From: Eledone cirrhosa
Lineage: Eukaryota
NCBI GenBank assembly: GCA_964016885.1
Contig: OZ024741.1
Coordinates: 314,278,001-314,342,000, forward strand
DNA: 64,000 nucleotides
Direction of reading: 5' to 3'
Shown here: in pieces, positions 15,211-27,031 of the stretch
Layout of the letters: the number at the start of each line of letters is the position of its first letter
How positions within the stretch are numbered: position 1 is the first letter of the stretch
Notes under the pieces: generated by a model
What the model was told of the DNA's origin: nothing
Database searches by the model: none
The model's input: the letters and a program-made list of their open reading frames with translations, nothing else
Program-made: the position numbers and the translations under genes

Positions 15211-18200
15211 ATGGGGCATCCGTCTTTTTATTTGGGTAGTTTTCTATTCGGGTAGATCCTTTTTTTGAGGGGTATCGGCTTTTTATTTGGGTGGATCCGT
15301 TTTTTACTTGGAGTATCCGTTCTCTTTTAGGGTATCCGACTTTTATTTAGGGAACCTGTTTTTTATTTGGGGTTCCGTTTTTCATTTGGGGGATCAATTT
15401 TTTATTTGGAGGGATCTGTTTTTAATTTGGGTGGCATCCGTTCTTTATTTCGGGATCCGTTTTTTATTTGGGTGGATCCGTTTTTTTATTTTGAGGGGAT
15501 CCGTTTTATGTTTGGGGGCGGTTTTTTATTTGGAGGGGATACGTTTTTTTATTTTTAGCGGATCCGTTTTTATTTGTGGGGTCTATTTTTTTATTTGGGG
15601 TGTCCGTTTTTTATTTGGGGTGTCCGTTTTCTATTTGGAGGGGATCCGTTTTTTATTTGGGGGTATCCGTTTTTCATTTGGAGGAGATCCGTTTTTTATT
15701 TGGGGGGATCTGTTTTTCATTTTGAGGGGATCCGTTTTTTATTTGTGGGATCCGTTTTTTATTTTGGGGGATCTGCTTTTTATTTGGGGGCGGTGTCCGC
15801 TTTTTATTTGGGGGATCTGTTTTTTTATTTTGAGGGAATCCGTTTTTTAATTTTGGGGTCCGTTTTTTATTTTGGTGAGGTCCGCTTTTTATTTGGTGTG
15901 GGTCCGTATTTTATTTGGAGCGATCTGTTTTTTGTTTTGGGGGCATCCGTTTTTTATTTGGAGGGATTCTGTACTTTATTTGGTGGGGGATACGTTTTCT
16001 TTATTCGGGGGTCCGTTTTTTATTCTGCGGGATCGGTTTTGATTTGGATACGTTTTTTGTCGGAGGGAGGGGTCCGTTTCATATTTGGGGGGTATCCATT
16101 TTTTTATTGGGCGGAACCCGTTTTTTATTTGGTGTGACCCGTTTTTTATTTGTGCGTCCGTTTTTCATTGGAGGAGAGCCTATTTTATTTGAGGGGATCG
16201 GTTTTGCTTGTGGAGGGTATCCGTTTTTTATTTAGTGGCTCAGTTTTTCACTTGTAGAGGATCCGTTTTTTTATTTGGGGGGTATCCGTTTTTTATTTGG
16301 AGGTGATCCGTCTTTTATTTGGGCATTCATTTATTATTTTGGAGATCGGTTTTTTTATATGGGTGGGTCCGTTTCTTATTAGGGGCGGGTGCGTTTTTTA
16401 TTGGGGGTATCGGTTTTTTATTTGGGATGATCGGTTTAAACATTTTTTTTGGGGGGAGGGGTCCGTTTTTTAATTGGGCGGACCCGTTATTTATTTGGGG
16501 TCCGTTTTTTATTGGGGTTATCCGTTTTTTATTTGGGGGGTATCCGTTTTTTATTTGGGCATCAATTTTTTATTTGGCGGTATACGTTTTTTTCTTTTGA
16601 GGTCCGTTTTTTTATTTGTCGGGCATCCTTTTTTTATTTGGAGGAGATCCGTTTTTTATTTGGGGGGACCCGTTTTTCATTTGGAGGGTATCCGTTCTAT
16701 ATTTGGGAGGATTCGTTTTTTATTTGGGGGTCCGTTTTTTCTTAGGGGATCGGTTTTTTTTATTTCGGAGGCAATACGTTTTTTGTTTGGGGGGCATCCG
16801 TATTTTATTTGGAGGAGATCCGTTTTTTATTTGGGGTGATACGTTTTTCATTTGTAGGGGTTCCGTTTTTTCTTTGTGGTGTCCGTTTTTCATTTTGAGG
16901 GATCTGTTTTTTATATGGGGGCGGGGTCCGTTTTTTATTGGGAGGATCGGTTTTTGATTTTGGGTGTCCGTTTTTTATTTGGGTGGGAAACGTTTTTTGA
17001 TTGGGGGGATCCGTTGTTATTTGGGCGGGCCCCGTTTTTCCTTTGGGGTTCCGTTTTTATTTGGGGGAATCTGTTCTTTATTTTGAGGGGATCCGTTTTT
17101 TTATTTTGGGGTGGTTTTTTTATTTGTTGGGGATCCGTTTTTTATTTGAGGGTATATGTTTTTTATTTTGAGGGAATAACGGTTTTTTTTAATTTTGGGG
17201 TCCGTTTTATTATTTTGGGGTCGTTTTTTTTTATGGTGAGGATTCCGTTTTTATTTGGAGCGATCTGTTTTTTTGTTTTGAGGACATCCGTTTTTTATTT
17301 GTGGGGACCGTGTTTTTATTTTAAGGGATCCGTTTTTTATCTGGGGGGATCCGTTTTTTATTTGAGGGATCTGTATTTCATTCGGAGGGGATCCGTTTTT
17401 TTATTTGTAGGGGATCCGTTTTTATTTGGGCATCCATTTTTTATTTGGGGGTATCCCTTTTTTATATGGGTGCGTCCGTTTCTTATTAGGCGCGGGTGCG
17501 TTTTTATTTGGGGATCGGTTTTTGATTTTGGGTGTCCGTTTTTTATTTGGGTGGGAAACGTTTTTTGATTAGGGGGATCCGTTGTTATTTGGGCGGACCC
17601 CGTTTTTTCTTTGGGGTTCCGTTTTTATTTGGGGGAATCTGTTCTTTATTTTGAGGGGATCCGTTTATTTATTTTGGGGTCGTTTTTTATTTGGTGGGGA
17701 TCCGTTTTTTATTTGGGCTATCTGTTTTTTATTTTGAGGGAATAACGGTTTTTTTATTTTGGTGTCCGTTTTTTTTTGGGGGGGGGGATGATGTCCGCTT
17801 TTTATTTGGCGTGGTTCCGATTTTTATTTGGAGCGATCTGTTTTTTGTTTTGAGGGGAAATGTTTTTTTATTTGGGGGGCCTCCGTTTTTTATTTGGATG
17901 GGATCCGTTTTTTTATTTTTGGGTCCGTTTATTATATGGGGAGGAACATTTTTTTTATTTGGAGGGGATCCGTCTTTTATTTGGGCATTCATTTTTTATT
18001 TGGGAGATCCGTTTTTTTATATGGATGGGTCCGTTTCTTACTAGGGGCGGGTGCGTTTTTTAATTGGGCGGCCCCGTTATTTATTTGGGGGTACGTTTTT
18101 TATTGGGGTGATCCGTTTTTCATTTGGGGGGTATCCGTTTTTTATTTGTAGGGGATCCGTTTTTATTTGGGCATCCATTTTTTATTTGGGGGTATCCCTT

Positions 18201-20840
18201 TTTTATATGGGTGCGTCCGTTTCTTGTTAGGCGTGGGTGCGTTTTTATTTGGAGGATCGGTTTTTTATTGGGGGGGGGGGGCGTTTTTTATTTGGCGGAT
18301 ACGTTTTTTATTTGGGGATCCGTTTTTTATTGGGACGGGACCGTTTTTTATTTAGAGGGGGTTCCGTTTTTTATTTTGGGGTCCGTATTTCATTCGGAGG
18401 ATCCGTTTTTTATTTGAGGTGTACGTTTTTTATTTGCGGGGATCCGTTTATTATTTTGACGGTATCTGTTTTTTATTTGAGGGGGATCCTTTTTTATTTT
18501 GGGGGTCTGTTTTTGGTTTCGGTGTCCGTATTTCGTTCGGGCGAGGGGGGGGTGTCCGTTCGTTTATTTGGTCGGGAGACGTTTCTATATGGGGTCGGTT
18601 TTTTATGGGGGGGGGGGGGCGTTTTTTATTTGGGGGAATCTGTTCTTTATTTTGAGGGGATCCGTTTTTTATTTTGGGGTCGTTTTTTATTTGGTGGGGA
18701 TCCGTTTTTTATTTGAGGGAATCTGTTTTTTATTTTGAGGGAATATCGGTCATTTTATTTTGGGGTCCGTTTTTTATTTGGGTGAGGTCCGCTTTTTATT
18801 TGGCGTGCTTCGGTTTTTTTATTTGGAGCTATCTGTTTTTTGTTTTGGGGGCATCCGTTTTTTATTTGTGAGGTCCGTGTTTTTATTTTAAGGGATCCGT
18901 TTTTTATCTGGGGGCTCTGTTTTTATTTGAGTGGGTATCCGTTTTTTGTTTTGGGGGTCCGTTTTGTATTCGGGGGTTCTGTTTATTATTTTGTCGGGAT
19001 CGGTTTTTCCTTTTTAAGGGATCCATTTTTTATTTGTGGGGTCCATTTTTTATTTGGAGGGGATCCGTATTTTATTTGGTGGGTGATACGTTTTTTGATT
19101 GGCGGGTCCGTTGTTATTTGGGCGGGCCCCGTTGTTTCTTTGGGGTTCCATCTTTATTTAGGTGATCATTTTTTGTGTGGGGAGCATCATTTTTTTTATT
19201 TGGTGGGGATCCGTTTTTTATTTGGGTGATCCGTTTTCTATTTCGAGGGCTCTGTTTTTTATTTGGGGAGGATCCGTTTTTATTTGGAGGGGATCCGTTT
19301 TAAATTTGTTTGGCATCCGTTTTTTATTTGGAGAGGATCCGTTTTTTATTTGAAGATTCGTTTCTTATTTTGGCGGTCCGTATTTTATGGGGGTCTGTTT
19401 TTTGTTACGGTGTCCGTATTTCGTTCGGGCGAGGGGGTGGCCGTCTGTTTATTTGGTCGGGAGACGTTTCTATATGGGGTTGGTTTTTTTATTTGGGGGG
19501 GGGGGGATCCGTTTTTTCTTTGGAGGTCCGTTTTTTATTTGTAGGCACCGTAGTCTCTTTGGGTTTTTTTTTTATTTCGGGTGTATCCGTTTTTTATAAG
19601 TTGGGATCTGTTTTTTTTTATTTTGAGGGGTCCGTTTTTTATTTGGCGGATCCGTTTTTTATTTGGGCTGGACCCATTTTTTATTTGTGGGGATATGTTT
19701 TTTATTTGGAGGGTTCTATTTTAATTTTGGGTTATCGGTTTTTTATATGGGGTGTCGGTTTTTTTATTTTGGGTCGGTTTCTCGTATAGGGTTGTCCGTT
19801 AGTTATTTGGGGTGGGTGCGTTATTTATATGCGGGATGGGTTTTTTATTTGGGGGGTTCCGTTTTTTTATTTGCGAGGGGATAGATTTTTTTATTCGGGG
19901 GATTCTTATTTTATTTTGGGGCTCCATTTTTTATTCGGGGGGGGGGGTCGTTTTTCATTTGGAGGGGATCCGTTTTTTATTTGTGTGTCCGTTTTCTATT
20001 CGGAGGGAGCCGTTTATCTTTGGTGGTCCGTTTTTTATTTGCAGGGAACAGTTTTTTATTTGGGGGTCATCCGTTTTTATTTGGGGTGATCCGTTTTTTA
20101 TTTTGGGGTCCGTTTATTATATGGGGACGGGGTCATTTTTTATTTGGAGGGGATCCGTTTTTTATTTGGGTGTTCCGTTTTTTATTCTGGCGGACCGTTT
20201 TTTATTTGGGGGTCCGTTTTTTATTTGGGTGTTCCGCTTTTTATTCTGGCGGATTCGTTTTTTATTTGGCGGGATCCGTTTTTTTATTTTGATGGGATCC
20301 GTTTTTTATTTGGGAGGATCCGTTTTTTATTTGAGGGGGTATCAGTTTTTTATTTTGGGGGTCCGTTTTGTATTCGGGGGTATGCGTTTTTGATTTGGGG
20401 GGATCCGTTTTTTATTTAGAGTGGATACGTTTTTTATTTTTAGCGGATCCATTTTTATTTGGGGTGATCTGTTTTTCATTTTGAGGGAATCCGTTTTTTA
20501 ATTTTGGGGTCCGTTTTTTATTTGGGTGAGGTCCGCTTTTTATTTGGTGTGGGTCCGTTTTTTATTTGGAGCGATCTGTTTTTTGTTTTGTGGGCATCCG
20601 TTTTTTATTTGAGGTGGTATCCGTTTTTTATTTTGGGGGTCCGTTTTGTATTCGGGGTATCCGTTTTTTTATTTGGGGTGTCCGTTTTTATTTGCGGGGA
20701 TCTGTTTATTATTTTGAGGGGGTGTCCGTTTTTATTTGCGGGGATCTGTTTATTATTTTGAGGGGGTATCCGTTTTTAATTTGTAGGGGATCCGTTTTTA
20801 ATTTGTGGGGTCCATTTTTTATTTGGAGGGGATCCGTATT

Positions 20841-21750
20841 TTATTTGGTGAGTGATACGTTTTCTTTATTCGGGGGGTCGGTTTTTTATTGTGAGGGATC
20901 CGTCTTTTATTTGGGTTCGGTGTCCGTTTTTATGGGGGTGGGGTGGGGGTCGGTTTTTTATTTGGGGCATCCGGTTTTTATTTGGGGTGTCCGTTTTCTA
21001 TTTGGAGGGCATCCGTTTTTTATTTGGGGGCATCCGTTTTTCATTTGGAGGATATCCGTTTTTTATTTGGGGGATCTGTTTTTCATTTTGAGGGGATCTG
21101 TTTTTTATTTGTGGGATCCGTTTTTTATTTTGGGGCATCTGCTTTTTATTTGGGGGATCTGTTTTTTATTTTGAGGGATCGGTTTTTTTATTTTGGGGTC
21201 CGTTTTTTATTTGGGTGAGGTCCGCTTTTTATTTGGTGAGAGATACGTTTTCTTTATTCGGGGGTCCGTTTTTGATTGTGAGGGATCTGTCTTTTATTTG
21301 GGTTCGGTGTCCGTTTTTATGGGGGTGGGGTGGGGGTCGGTTTTTTATTTGGGGCATCCGGTTTTTATTTGGGGTGTCCGTTTTCTATTTGGAGGGCATC
21401 CGTTTTTTATTTGGGGGGATCCGTTTTTCATTTGGAGGATATCCGTTTTTTATTTGGGGGATCTGTTTTTCATTTTGAGGGGATCTGTTTTTTATTTGTG
21501 GGATCCGTTTTTTATTTTGGGGCATCTGCTTTTTATTTGGGGGATCTGTTTTTTATTTTGAGGGATCGGTTTTTTTATTTTGGGGTCCGTTTTTTATTTG
21601 GGTGAGGTCCGCTTTTTATTTGGTGAGAGATACGTTTTCTTTATTCGGGGGTCCGTTTTTTATTGTGAGGGATCTGTCTTTTATTTGGGTTCGGTGTCCG
21701 TTTTTTATGGGTTGGGGTCGGTTATTTATTTGGGGCGTCCGGTTTTTATT
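20841..21750. repeat. Recent 387-bp tandem higher-order repeat (about 2.3 copies) within the satellite
   Basis: Near-identical units start at 20841, 21228 and 21615. ORF pairs 20943/21330 and 21193/21580 are offset by exactly 387. Confidence 0.9.
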
Positions 21751-24700
21751 TGGGGTGGATACGTTTTTTGTTCGGAGGAGTGGGTCCGTTTTTTATTTGG
21801 AGGGCACCCGTCTTTTATTTGGGCATTCATTTTTTATTTGGGGAACAGGTTTTTTATATGGGTGGGGTCCGTTTCTTATTAGGGGCCGGTGCGTTTTTTA
21901 TTTGTGGCATCGGTTTTTTATTTGGGATGATCCGTTTTTAATTTGGGAGGGTCTGTTTATATTTGGGTAGGACCCGTTTTATATTTGGGGGTCCGTTTTT
22001 ATTTTGGGTCCCATTTTCTTGGGGGGGAATCCTTTATTTTATTTGGGGGGCATCCTTTTTTATTTTGAGGGAATTTTTTTTTATTTGGGCGTATCCGTTG
22101 TTTATTTGTAGGGGTTCCGTTTTTTATTTGTGGGTTGTTTTTTTTTTTATTTTGAGGGACCTGTTTTTTATTTTGGTGCGGGGTCCGTTTTATAATGGAG
22201 GATCGGTTTTTTATTTGGGGTGTCCGTTTTTTATTTGGGTGGGATACGTTTTTTAATTGGGGGGTCCGTTGTTAATTGTGCGAGCCCCGTTTTTTCTTTG
22301 GGGTTCCGTTTTTATTTAGGGGATCATTTTTTTGCGTGTGGAGGATCCTTTCTAATTTGGAGGGGAACCGTTTTTATTTGGGGATGCGTTTTTTATTTGG
22401 TGGATCCGTTTTTTATTTTGAGTGCTCTATTTTTTATTTGAGGAGGATCCGTTTTTTATTTGGTGGGGATCCGTTTTAAATTTGTGTGGCATCGTTTTTT
22501 ATTTGGGGATGCGTTTTTTATTTGGGGGATCGGTTTTTTTATTTTGAGGGGATCCGTTTTAAATTTGTGTGGCATCCGTTTTTTATTTGTGGGGTTCGTG
22601 TTTTTATTTTAAGGTATCCGTTTTTTATTTGGGGGGATTCGTTTTTCATTTTTAGAGGATCCGTATTTCATTCGGAGGGGATCCTTTTTTTATTTAGAGG
22701 GGATCCCTTTTTATTTGGGCATCCATTTTTTATTTGGGTGTATCCGTTTTTTGTATGGGTGTGTCCGTTTCTTATTAGGGGCGGGTGCGTTTTTATTTGG
22801 GGTACCGGTTTTTATTTGGGATGATCCGTTTTTTAATTTTTGGGGAAGGCACTTTTTAATTGGGCGGACCCGTTTTTTTAATTTGGGGATTCGTTTCTTA
22901 TTTGGGGTGGGTGCGTTATTTATATGCGGGATGTGTTTTTTTATTTGCGGGGCATGTGTTTTTTTTATTCGGGGGATCCTTTTTTTATTTTTGGGCTCCA
23001 TTTTTTATTCGGAGGGGGGGGGGTCTTTTTTCATTTGGAGGGGATCTGTTTTTTATTTGAGGTGTCCGTTTTCTATTCGGGGGGACCTTTTTATAGGAGT
23101 CCGTTTTTATTTGCAGGGAACTGTTTTTTTTTATTTGGGGGGCATCCGTTTTTTATTTGGAGGGCATCCGTTTTTATTTTGTGGTCCGTTTATTATATGG
23201 GGGGGGGGTCATTTTTTGATTTGGAGGGGATCCGTTTTTTATTAGCGGGAATCCGTTTTTTATTTTGGGTCTCCGATTTTTATACGGGGTCCGTTTCTAT
23301 TTTGGGGTATACGATTTTTATTCAGGGGATCCGTTATTTATTTTGGGGGGTCCGTTTTTTTTGTTCGGGCGGTGGGTGACGGTGCTCCGTTTTTCAATTC
23401 CACATTTATTTGAAGGGGATCGGTTTTTTTATTTTGGGGTATCCGTTTTTTATTTGTGGGGTCCGTTTTTTTTTATTTAAGGTATCCGTTTTTTATTTGT
23501 GGGGTCCGTTTTTTTTTTATTTAAGGTATCCGTTTTTTATATTTGGGGTAGATCCGTTTTTCATTTGTAGGGGATCCGTTTATTATATGAGGGTATCTGT
23601 TTTCCATTCGGATGGCATCCGTTTTTTATTTGTGGGGTCCGTTTTTTTATTTTAAGGGATCCGTTTTTCATTTGTAGGGATATGTTTTTTATTTGGGGGA
23701 ATCTGTTTTTAATTCGGAGGGGATCCATTTTTTATTTGTGGGGTCCGTTTTTTATTTTGATGGACCTGTTTTTTAATTGGGGGCGGGGTCCGTTTTTTAT
23801 TGGGGGTTCGGTTTTTTATTTGGGATCATCCGTTTTTAATTTGGAGGCGATCCGCTTTTTATCTGGGGGGATCCGTTTTTTATTTGGTGCGGAGCCGATT
23901 ATTTGTAGCGGATACGTTTTTTATTTGTGGGGTCCGTTTTTTATTCGGGTGTATCCGTTTTTTATTCGGGGCGGAGGGGGATTCATTTGGAGCGGATCCA
24001 TTTTATCTTAGGGTTTCGTTTTTTATTTGCAGGGATCTGTTTTTTATTTTGAGAGGGCATCCGTTTTTTATTCGGGGGGATCCGTTTTTTATTTGGGGTG
24101 TCCGTTTTTATTTGCGGGGTCCGTTTTTTATTTTAAGGGATCCGTTCTTTATTTTGGCGTCCCTTTTTTATATGGGGGTGGTCTGTTTTTAATTTGGTGT
24201 GTCCGTTTTTTATTTGGGAATCCGATTTTTATTTTCATGGGATCAGTTTATTATTTTGGGCTCCATTTTTTATTTGGGGGAGGTCCGTTTTTTATTCGGA
24301 GGGATCTGTTTATTTTTTGGTGGGCATCCGTTTTTTATTAAGAGGGGATCCTTTTCTTTATTGGAGTGTCCGTTTTTTATTTAGGAGGAATACGTTTACT
24401 TTTTGCGGGGAGCCCGTCTTTTATTTGAGGAGGAATGTTTTTTATTTTGGAGGTCTGGCTTTTTGTTGGGGGTACTATCTCATTTCGGGTGCGGGGGGTG
24501 GGGGGCGTTTGTTTATTTGGGCGCGACAGGATTCTATTTGGGGGTTGTTTTTTAATTTGGGTGGGGGTGGACGGTGGGGTCCTTTTTTCTTTGAAGGTCC
24601 GTTTTTTATTTGGAGGCTCCGTAGTTTCTTTGGGGCTATGTTTTTTTTATTTGAGGTGTATCCGTTTTTAATTTGGAGGAATCCGTTTTTTTTATTTTGA

Positions 24701-26614
24701 GGGGATCAGTTGTTTATTTGGGGGATTGGTTTTTTATTTGGGGATCCGCTTTTATTTGTAGGTGTGGGGGGCGTTTTTTATTTGTGTGTCCAGTTTATTC
24801 TTTGAGGGTCCATTTCTTATTTGCAGGGATCTGTTTTTTTATTTGGCGTGGATCCTTTTTTTATTTTGAGGTCAGTTTATTATATGGGGGAATCCGTTTT
24901 TTATTTGGAGGGGATCCGTTTTTTATTTGGGTGTTCCGCTTTTTATTCTGCTGGATCCGTTGAATATTTGGGGATCCGTTTTTTATTTGGCGGGATACGT
25001 TTTTTTTATTTTGATGGGATCCGTTTTTTATTTAGGGGGATCCGTCTTTTATTTGAGGGGGTATCCGTTTTTTATTTTGGGGTGGATCCGTTTTGTATTC
25101 GGGGGGATCCGTTTTTTACTTTGAGTGATGGGTTTTTATATGGGGGGGGTCGTATTCTATTTGGGGTATCCGTTTTTTATTTGAGGGTGATCGTTTTTTT
25201 ATTTTGTGGGTCTGTTTTTTGTTTGGGTTGTTCGTATTTCATTTCGGGTGGGTGGGGGGGCGTTCCGTTTGTTTAATCGGGCGGGACACGTTTCTATTTG
25301 GGCGTTGGTTATTTTATTCGGGGAGGGGGGGGGCGTTTTTTCTTTGGAAGTCCGTTTTGTATTCGGGGGTTCGTTTTGTATTCGGACGGATCCGTTTTTT
25401 ATTTGGGGGAGTCCATTTTTGTTTGTGGGGATCTGTTTATTATTTAGAGGGGATCCGTATTTCATTTGTAGGGGATCCCTCTTTTATTTGTGGGGTCCAT
25501 TTTTTTTATTTGGAGTGGATTCGTTTTTTATTTGGGTGGGATCCCTTTTTTACTTTCGGTGATCGGTTTTTTATATGGGGGGCAGTGTCGTACTCTATTT
25601 GGGGTATCCGTTTTTTATTTTGGGTCGGTTTTTCGTATAAGGTTGTCCGTTAAGTTATTTGGGGTGGGTGCGTTATTTATATGCGGGATGGGTTTTTTAT
25701 TTGGGGGGTTCCGTTTTTTATTTGCGAGGGGATAGATTTTTTTATTCGGGGGATCCTTATTTTATTTTGCGGCTCCATTTTTGATTCGGGGCTGGGGGGG
25801 GGGGGGCGTTTTTCATTTGGAGGGTATCCGTTTTTTATTTGGAGGGATCTGTATTTTGGTGGGGAGGAAGCGATTTTTATTTGGTGGGATCCGTTTTTAT
25901 TTTTTGGGATACATTTTTCATTTGGGGGATCCTTTCTTTATTTGGGGGATCCGTTTTTTATATGGGAGGTACGTCTAATATTTGTGGGGGACCCATTTTT
26001 TATTTTGATGTCCATTTATTATTTGGGGGGAATATCTTTTTTATTTGGAGGGATCTATTTTTTATTTTGGGGGATCGGATTTTATATGGGTGTCAGTTTT
26101 TTCTTTAGTGGGGACCGTTTTTTATTTGGGGCGAGTCCGTTATTTATATGCGGGTTGGGTTTTTTTTATTTAGGGGTTCCGTATTTTATTTGGAGGGGGG
26201 ATACGTTTTTTATTCCGGGATCCGTTTTTTATTTGGGGGATCGGTTTTTTATTTGGAGATCCTTTTTTTATTTGTTGTCATCCGTTTTTATTTGGAGGGG
26301 ATCATTTTTTTTTGGGGGGGGGATCATTTTTTTACTTGTTGGCATCCGTTTTTACTTGGAGGGGATCTGTTTTTTATTCTGGGGGATCCGTTTTTTATTT
26401 GGGGGGTCATATTTTTCTTTGGGGCTCAGTTCTTTATTTTTTGGGGGGGGAGGTATCCGTTTTTTACTTGGAGGGCTCTGGTTTCTATTTGGGGGTTCGT
26501 TTTTTATTTGGAGGGGATCCGTTTCTTATTTGGGTTCCATTTTTTTTATTTGGGGCACCTTTTTTTATTTGGAGGGATCCGTTTTTATATGGGGGTCCCT
26601 TTTTTATTTGGGGG

Positions 26615-27031
26615 TGTAGTGACCTACAATCCGCGGGCTCACATACATTCTCTGTGCGTGATTTGGCTCAGCTCAGCCAATCGGCGCCAGGAGAAGAGGA
26701 TGTATCCCTGCGCGTCCTGAAGGAGATATACCCGCGAAGATTTGAGGAATCTGACCCTTGCAGCTCGACCACGCTAAGGTAAAACACCACTTGTTCTTTT
26801 GTTCCGTAAGCACAAACAATATGTAACGACACAACAATTTTACTACGGACCTGGCCAAACGCCTCTTGTAATCTTAATTGAATTATTTCATTATTCTTGG
26901 CATGCCAACTTAATTCACTTCTTAACCTTTGTTAATAAATTATGTAAAAACAAGCTAAAGTCGTTGTCGATATTCCTATCATATCTTTCTACCAAAGATG
27001 GTTCCTCGTGGCAACATTACAACTCTCTAAA
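26615..27031 (+). mobile_element. Second, diverged copy of the same solo LTR, with its 3' end lost
   Basis: Aligns by eye to 8774-~9213 along its whole length (e.g. cgggctcacatacattctctgtgcgtgatttggctcagctcagccaatc). Starts TGTAGTGACC, AATAAA at 26934-26939. It has a ~22-bp internal deletion between CTC microhomologies and lacks the terminal ~17 bp and the TSD. Confidence 0.8.

Noticed and set aside
8774-27031. The two LTRs as the ends of one 18-kb LTR retrotransposon
   Set aside because: Copy 1 has its own TSD on both sides, the interior is pure satellite with no PBS, PPT, gag or pol, and the copies are substantially diverged.
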